From the NCBI GenBank assembly GCA_051877705.1, contig JBJEJD010000086.1:1-56055 (forward strand): a stretch of 56,055 nt of DNA. The letters run 5' to 3'. The notes beneath the pieces are model-generated. The model did no database searches and was not told where the DNA came from. It saw only the letters and a list, made by a program, of their open reading frames with translations. This document shows, piece by piece, positions 50,790 to 56,055 of the stretch. The stretch comes from Coprococcus sp. (GTDB taxonomy: Bacteria; Bacillota; Clostridia; Lachnospirales; Lachnospiraceae). A program made the position numbers and the translations under genes. Within the stretch, counting starts at the first letter, position 1. Every line of letters begins with the position of its first letter.

Positions 50790-51371
50790 TTATAAATCTG
50801 CTTCTGTAAATTCAATGAGCCCACGTCCAAGTCTGGAGATCCTTGCAAGAGAACGTACTTCGTAACCGCTGTCCTCAAGGCGCTTGCGTCCACGCTGGAA
50901 TGCCTTTTCGATCAGAATAGCAATACCGCCGATCCGGGCTCCACCCATCTCAACAAGGCGTGTAGCACCGTTGGCAGCTTCGCCGTTGGCAAGAAAATCA
51001 TCGATGACAAGAATCACATCATCAGGCTGGATATAATTCCTGGATAATGTAAGTTCATAGCTGGTACCCTTCGTAAAAGATGTGATATTCGTCTGGAATA
51101 CAGCACCTGTCAGAACCTTCGATGTCTGCTTCTTCAGGATGACCATAGGAACACCAAGCTCCATGGCTGTGTAGACGGCAGGTGCAATACCGGAACTCTC
51201 AATCGTAAATACCTTCGTAATGCCTTTATCTTTATAATAGGCAGCAAATGTTTTGCCGATCTCACTCATTAATACAGGGTCCACCTGATGATTAATGAAA
51301 CTATCTACTTTCAGAACTGTTTCGCTGAGAGCTTGTCCATCGGTACGTATCTTATCTTCCAATCGTTTCAT
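50790..51371 (-). CDS. xpt: Xanthine phosphoribosyltransferase
   Basis: [39 protein letters not shown]; start at 51371 after GAGGT. Confidence 0.94.
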   Translation of the reverse strand: MKRLEDKIRTDGQALSETVLKVDSFINHQVDPVLMSEIGKTFAAYYKDKGITKVFTIESSGIAPAVYTAMELGVPMVILKKQTSKVLTGAVFQTNITSFTKGTSYELTLSRNYIQPDDVILVIDDFLANGEAANGATRLVEMGGARIGGIAILIEKAFQRGRKRLEDSGYEVRSLARISRLGRGLIEFTEADL

Positions 51372-51570
51372 TTTACCTACCTCGCAAATCTTCTTTCTCA
51401 ATCTTTTTGACATTATAGCACATATTGTCGGTTAGATAAAGACAATTTGTTACTAAAAAAAATTTATTTCTCTGGAATTCGTTCACATATATATCATAAA
51501 TATCTGCTATACTGAAAATAAATAAAAAGGTCGATCTGACCTTATGATATTATATAAAGAGGTATTAACT

Positions 51571-52254
51571 ATGGAAAGTTTAAAAATACTGGTTGTAGAT
51601 GATGAGAGCAGAATGCGGAAACTGGTAAAAGATTTCCTGACTAAAAAAGGATATTCTGTTATAGAGGCTGCCGACGGTGAAGAGGCGGTAGATAGATTTT
51701 TTGAGACAAAGGATATTGCCCTTATTATTCTGGACGTGATGATGCCGAAAATGGATGGATGGCAGGTATGCCGTGAAATACGTCAATATTCCAGGGTTCC
51801 GATTATCATGCTGACAGCCAAGAGTGATGAAAAAGACGAACTCCAGGGATTTGATTTGGGGGTTGATGAGTACATTACGAAGCCTTTCAGTCCGAAGATT
51901 CTGGTGGCCCGGGTGGAAGCCATTCTTCGCAGGAGCAATGTTCTGGCATCGGAAGATGTACTGGAGGCAGGGGGGATTGTTCTGAATAAGGCGGCCCATG
52001 AAGTGACCATTGATGGTAAACCGGTGGAACTCAGTTATAAAGAATTTGAGTTGTTATCCTATTTCCTTTCCAATCAGGGTGTGGCTCTCTCAAGGGAGCG
52101 TATTCTGAATAATGTATGGAATTATGACTATTTTGGAGATGCGCGGACCATTGATACTCATGTAAAGAAGCTGCGCAGCAAATTGAAAGAGAAGGGCGAT
52201 TATATTGTTACCATCTGGGGCATGGGATATAAATTCGATGTCAATGGCAAATAA
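51571..52254 (+). CDS. OmpR-family response regulator
   Basis: VVDDE, LDVMMP, DEYITKPF, RTIDTHVKKLR, TIWGMGYKF. Confidence 0.95.
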   Translation: MESLKILVVDDESRMRKLVKDFLTKKGYSVIEAADGEEAVDRFFETKDIALIILDVMMPKMDGWQVCREIRQYSRVPIIMLTAKSDEKDELQGFDLGVDEYITKPFSPKILVARVEAILRRSNVLASEDVLEAGGIVLNKAAHEVTIDGKPVELSYKEFELLSYFLSNQGVALSRERILNNVWNYDYFGDARTIDTHVKKLRSKLKEKGDYIVTIWGMGYKFDVNGK

Positions 52255-52269
52255 TCGGCAGGTTTTATC

Positions 52270-53874
52270 ATGTTTCGCAAAAAATCTCTAAAGGTTAAAT
52301 TATCATTGATTTTAATTTGCATGGTGCTGCTCATATCGGCATCATCAGTGGGCCTCAGTAACATATTTCTTACCCGTTATTATTTATATGATAAGAATCA
52401 GACTCTGATTTCCGCATTTGAAAGTATCAGCGAGATGTATGCGGCGGAACTGGAAAATGAAAAAGCTGCTGATGGCAATGACAGTCAGATATACAAAATT
52501 CCCAGCAGCAGCATTTCCGATGCCTTATGTCTGAAACTGGATCAGTTCAGTCAGAATCGTAATCTGTCTATTATTATTTACAGAGATATGGGCAATCTGA
52601 TCTTTGATTACCTGCTGAGGAGCAGCAGTACAAAACTGCTTTTGTATTCTTCATTGGGAATGAATCAGGATAGTAAGGTAGAGAGCAGTAATATTTACAG
52701 CGACTATATTAATTCTGAAAAAAATGAAAGTGAAGTCAGTATCACGACTGATGAATATAAGATCAGAAAGGTAGATGTAAAGAGACTTGGAGCATCTTAT
52801 ATCTATCTGGAGGGCATTTTTAAAAACGGAGATCATATTCTTATAAGAGCCTCTGTCGCCGGCATTACCGAAAGTGTTAATATATCCAATCGCTTTTTCC
52901 TGTATATTTCTTTAATTGCAGCTGTTATTGGATTTATAGTCATGTACTTTGTGAGTAACAATTTCTTTGGACCGATTACGGTACTGACCAATATTGCAAA
53001 ACGTATGTCGCAGCTTGATTTCACAGCGAAATATGAAGTGAAGACGGAGGATGAGGTGGGCATTCTTGGAAACAGTATGAATGTGCTGTCTGAGACACTG
53101 GAGCAGGCACTGGCAGAACTGAAGGCGGCAAACACCGAATTGAAAAAGGATCTTGAAAAAAAGGAACAGATCGATGCCATGCGAAAGGATTTTCTCTCCA
53201 ATGTTTCTCATGAGCTGAAAACGCCGATTGCTCTGATTCAGGGCTATGCAGAGGGATTACTTGATAATATCAATGACGATGAGGAGAGCAGACAGTTCTA
53301 TTGTGAAGTCATTGTGGATGAGGCACAGAAAATGAATCAGATGGTGAAGAAGCTTATGGCTCTGAACCAGCTGGAATTCGGATATAATACCATTTCCATG
53401 GAGCACTTCGATATTATAGCTTTGATCCATGCTGTTATAGCAAAGTCTGATATTCTGTTGAAACAGAAGGAAATCCGCCTGATTTTTGACTGGAATGAAC
53501 CGGTTTATGTGTGGAGTGATGCTTACATGGCCGAGGAAGTCTTTACAAATTATCTGACCAATGCCATCAATCATGTGGACGGAGAGCGAAAGATAGAAAT
53601 AAGAATTGATAAGAAAGCAGATACAGTGAGGATTACTGTTTTTAATACAGGAGAACAGATTCCGGAGGCTGATATTGGCAGTATATGGGATAAGTTTTAC
53701 AAAGTTGATAAAGCCAGAACCAGAGAATATGGGGGCAGCGGAGTGGGGCTTTCCATTGTAAAAGCATCCATGGAACAGCTGGGACAGGCGTACGGCGTTC
53801 AGAACTGTGAAGATGGTGTTATGTTCTGGTTTGAACTGGATTGCCAGAATGGAGTGGATGTTATTCAGGAATAG
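52270..53874 (+). CDS. HAMP-domain sensor histidine kinase
   Basis: Two TM segments with extracellular domain, SHELKTPI, NYLTNAINH, GSGVGLSI. Confidence 0.93.
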   Translation: MFRKKSLKVKLSLILICMVLLISASSVGLSNIFLTRYYLYDKNQTLISAFESISEMYAAELENEKAADGNDSQIYKIPSSSISDALCLKLDQFSQNRNLSIIIYRDMGNLIFDYLLRSSSTKLLLYSSLGMNQDSKVESSNIYSDYINSEKNESEVSITTDEYKIRKVDVKRLGASYIYLEGIFKNGDHILIRASVAGITESVNISNRFFLYISLIAAVIGFIVMYFVSNNFFGPITVLTNIAKRMSQLDFTAKYEVKTEDEVGILGNSMNVLSETLEQALAELKAANTELKKDLEKKEQIDAMRKDFLSNVSHELKTPIALIQGYAEGLLDNINDDEESRQFYCEVIVDEAQKMNQMVKKLMALNQLEFGYNTISMEHFDIIALIHAVIAKSDILLKQKEIRLIFDWNEPVYVWSDAYMAEEVFTNYLTNAINHVDGERKIEIRIDKKADTVRITVFNTGEQIPEADIGSIWDKFYKVDKARTREYGGSGVGLSIVKASMEQLGQAYGVQNCEDGVMFWFELDCQNGVDVIQE

Positions 53875-53890
53875 AATACTTCATTGCATA

Positions 53891-53923
53891 AAAAAGGGAG
53901 TGCGAGAAATAGCACTCCCTGTT
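53891..53923. terminator. Terminator between convergent genes
   Basis: agggagtgc / gcactccct stem with A run on the left. Confidence 0.7.
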
Positions 53924-53979
53924 CTATGTTTTGCATGTAGAATTCATATATGCATATGTTGTTATGTAATATTTAATTA

Positions 53980-54183
53980 TTAGTCGAAAAGTTTGATTTT
54001 GCCTGAAACATCTTCGTTGATTGTGTAGTAGCATGCATCTTCTTCAGGCTTTACATAAAGGTTTAATTCTTTGATGTCTTTGATCTTGTTGCCGTCTGCA
54101 ACCCAGAGCTCTTTAATCTTCGCAATGAGGGTCTTTTCTTCAACCTGTCTGCCATAAGATTCTACGTAAAATGCTGTTTTCAT
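53980..54183 (-). CDS. Small conserved protein (DUF6465-like)
   Basis: LYVKPEE..CYY.IN motif; AAGGAGG SD upstream. Confidence 0.75.
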   Translation of the reverse strand: MKTAFYVESYGRQVEEKTLIAKIKELWVADGNKIKDIKELNLYVKPEEDACYYTINEDVSGKIKLFD

Positions 54184-54610
54184 AAATAGCCTCCTTACAA
54201 TACCTTATGAAATCTACGAAACATACTCTGTTATAATAGTATAAAATGAGATGAATTGCAATCAGAAATATTTAATATTTTAAATTTATGCAAAAATGTA
54301 TGGTAAAATAAACAACTTTTTGAAAAAATAAAATTGGAAAAAAGTAAGAAGGTCAAAGCTTTTTATGATATGATAAGAAAAACTTGGTGAATATGTACGT
54401 TTTCGACTGTTAAAAATTTGATAATTTTATAAAATAGGAGAAAAAACGCCATTATATAGGAATTATTGGAAAAGTTGAAACAAATTAACTAAAATCGTGT
54501 TAATTTTACAAAATATCTGGTATGCCCGGCAGTGATGTGATAGAATCGTAATAAGTGTAACTGTTATATGATAAAGTGAGAAAGTCGTTGGATAATAGAT
54601 GGAGGTTTCT

Positions 54611-55222
54611 ATGATAGCGATCATTGATTATGATGCCGGGAATATGAAGAGTGTTGAGAAGGCTTTCCAGTACCTGGGAGAGAATGTTGTGATTACAAGG
54701 AAAAGAGAAGAACTCTTTGGAGCTGACAAAGTGGTGCTGCCGGGTGTGGGTGCCTTTGGAGATGCCATGGGGAGGCTCCAGGCCTATGGTCTTGTGGATA
54801 CCATTAAAGATATTGTAGATGACGGGAAACCTTTCCTGGGAATCTGTCTCGGATTACAGCTTTTATTTGAACGAAGCGAAGAAAGCCCGGGTGTGGAAGG
54901 GCTTGGCCTGCTGAAGGGAGAGATTGTGCGTATACCTCCGGCAGAAGGTCTGAAGATACCACATATGGGCTGGAATTCCATTGATATCAAAGAGGGCAGC
55001 CGTCTGTTTAAAGGTATCAGCCGCCAGGCTTATATGTATTTTGTACATTCCTATTATCTGAAGGCAGAGGATCCGGAAGATGTGGCAGCCACTACCTGGT
55101 ACAGCACATTGATTCATGCGGCTGTTGAACATGACAATATATTTGCATGCCAGTTCCATCCTGAAAAGAGCAGTGAGATTGGTCTGAGAATATTAAAGAA
55201 TTTTGCTGACCTGCGTCTGTAA
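54611..55222 (+). CDS. hisH: Imidazole glycerol phosphate synthase glutaminase subunit
   Basis: [39 protein letters not shown]. Confidence 0.97.
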   Translation: MIAIIDYDAGNMKSVEKAFQYLGENVVITRKREELFGADKVVLPGVGAFGDAMGRLQAYGLVDTIKDIVDDGKPFLGICLGLQLLFERSEESPGVEGLGLLKGEIVRIPPAEGLKIPHMGWNSIDIKEGSRLFKGISRQAYMYFVHSYYLKAEDPEDVAATTWYSTLIHAAVEHDNIFACQFHPEKSSEIGLRILKNFADLRL

Positions 55223-55238
55223 GGGAGAGGAGATATAT

Positions 55239-56003
55239 ATGTTTACGAAAAGAATTATTCCATGTCTGGATGTCAATAACGGAAGAGTTGTCAAAGGTGT
55301 GAATTTTGTGAATCTGCAGGATGCCGGTGATCCGGTGGCCATTGCGGCAGCCTACGATCAGGCGGGTGCGGATGAGCTGGTTTTCCTGGATATTACGGCT
55401 TCCAGCGACGGAAGAAATACGGTAGTGGAGCTTGTAAGAAGAGTGGCTGAGAAAGTATTCATTCCGTTTACCGTCGGCGGCGGTATCCGTACCGTCGATG
55501 ACTTCAGGGCAGTCCTGCGTGAAGGGGCGGATAAGGTATCTGTCAACTCAGCCGCCATTGATCGGCCTGAACTGATTGCAGAGGCTGCTGAAAAATTTGG
55601 CAGTCAATGTGTAGTGGTGGCAATTGATGCTAAAAGACGTGCCAGCGGTGACGGCTGGACGATCTACAAACATGGAGGAAGAATCGATACTGGTATCGAT
55701 GCCATTGAGTGGGCACGCAAAGTATGTGATCTTGGTGCAGGGGAGATACTTCTGACCAGTATGGATTGCGATGGTACAAAAGCAGGTTACGATATAGAGC
55801 TGACCCGGACAGTGGCTGAGAATGTGGAAGTTCCGGTCATTGCCTCCGGTGGTGCGGGGGAGATGTTACACTTTTATGATGCATTGACAGAGGGGAAAGC
55901 GGATGCCGCACTGGCTGCGTCATTGTTTCATTATAAAGAGCTGGAGATACGTGATCTGAAGGAATATCTCAATTCCAGATCAGTCAGTGTAAGGCTGAGA
56001 TAA
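55239..56003 (+). CDS. hisF: Imidazole glycerol phosphate synthase cyclase subunit
   Basis: [43 protein letters not shown]. Confidence 0.97.
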   Translation: MFTKRIIPCLDVNNGRVVKGVNFVNLQDAGDPVAIAAAYDQAGADELVFLDITASSDGRNTVVELVRRVAEKVFIPFTVGGGIRTVDDFRAVLREGADKVSVNSAAIDRPELIAEAAEKFGSQCVVVAIDAKRRASGDGWTIYKHGGRIDTGIDAIEWARKVCDLGAGEILLTSMDCDGTKAGYDIELTRTVAENVEVPVIASGGAGEMLHFYDALTEGKADAALAASLFHYKELEIRDLKEYLNSRSVSVRLR

Positions 56004-56026
56004 TACAAATTGAATGGGGGATAAAT

Positions 56027-56055
56027 ATGGGAGCAATTGCCAATGACTGGCTGGA
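56027..56055 (+). CDS. Start of the next gene (MGAIANDWL...), possibly uracil-DNA glycosylase
   Basis: GGGGGA SD and ATG; only 9 codons visible, so the product is a guess from the NDWL N-terminus. Confidence 0.35.

Noticed and set aside
54184-54610. T-box or attenuator upstream of hisH-hisF
   Set aside because: No T-box consensus, His-rich leader peptide or terminator; a candidate -10 lies close to the gene
169-55558. Numerous antisense and alternative-frame ORFs (e.g. 46240-47043, 49776-50696, 14864-15550)
   Set aside because: They lie within well-supported genes and show no motifs; expected shadow ORFs
1-56055. CRISPR array, IS/transposase, prophage, tRNA or rRNA
   Set aside because: No regularly spaced repeats, mobility genes or tRNA/rRNA signatures seen

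Overview
This 56 kb window looks like core chromosome from an anaerobic Firmicute, probably Lachnospiraceae-like Clostridia (inferred from gene families and order). Nearly all genes lie on the + strand. Gene order: pheA-ppx-ppk1; a large orphan HTH protein divergent from citrate synthase; a 10-gene Mrp/Mnh-like operon with four antiporter-like subunits; xpaC-like/telA; mutY-dgt-dnaG-rpoD-trmK-nif3; a ThrRS-N/uridine kinase fusion; RNase P RNA; degV; a two-component system with a large membrane protein, ABC transporter and CPBP protease; recA-recX-rny; an ApbC/xanthine-dehydrogenase-like/YqeC-MocA-YqeB selenium-dependent molybdenum hydroxylase cluster; xpt; a second two-component system; hisH-hisF. 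I saw no transposase, integrase, CRISPR array, rRNA or tRNA. The most notable observations are: (1) a dispersed 50-bp hairpin present twice, 33 kb apart, with a conserved loop and compensatory stem changes; (2) the expanded Mrp-like complex with a Rex-like box but no redox module; (3) an orphan terminated transcript (candidate sRNA) upstream of citrate synthase; (4) a candidate 24-aa small ORF. All calls come from manual motif reading; no database searches were run.
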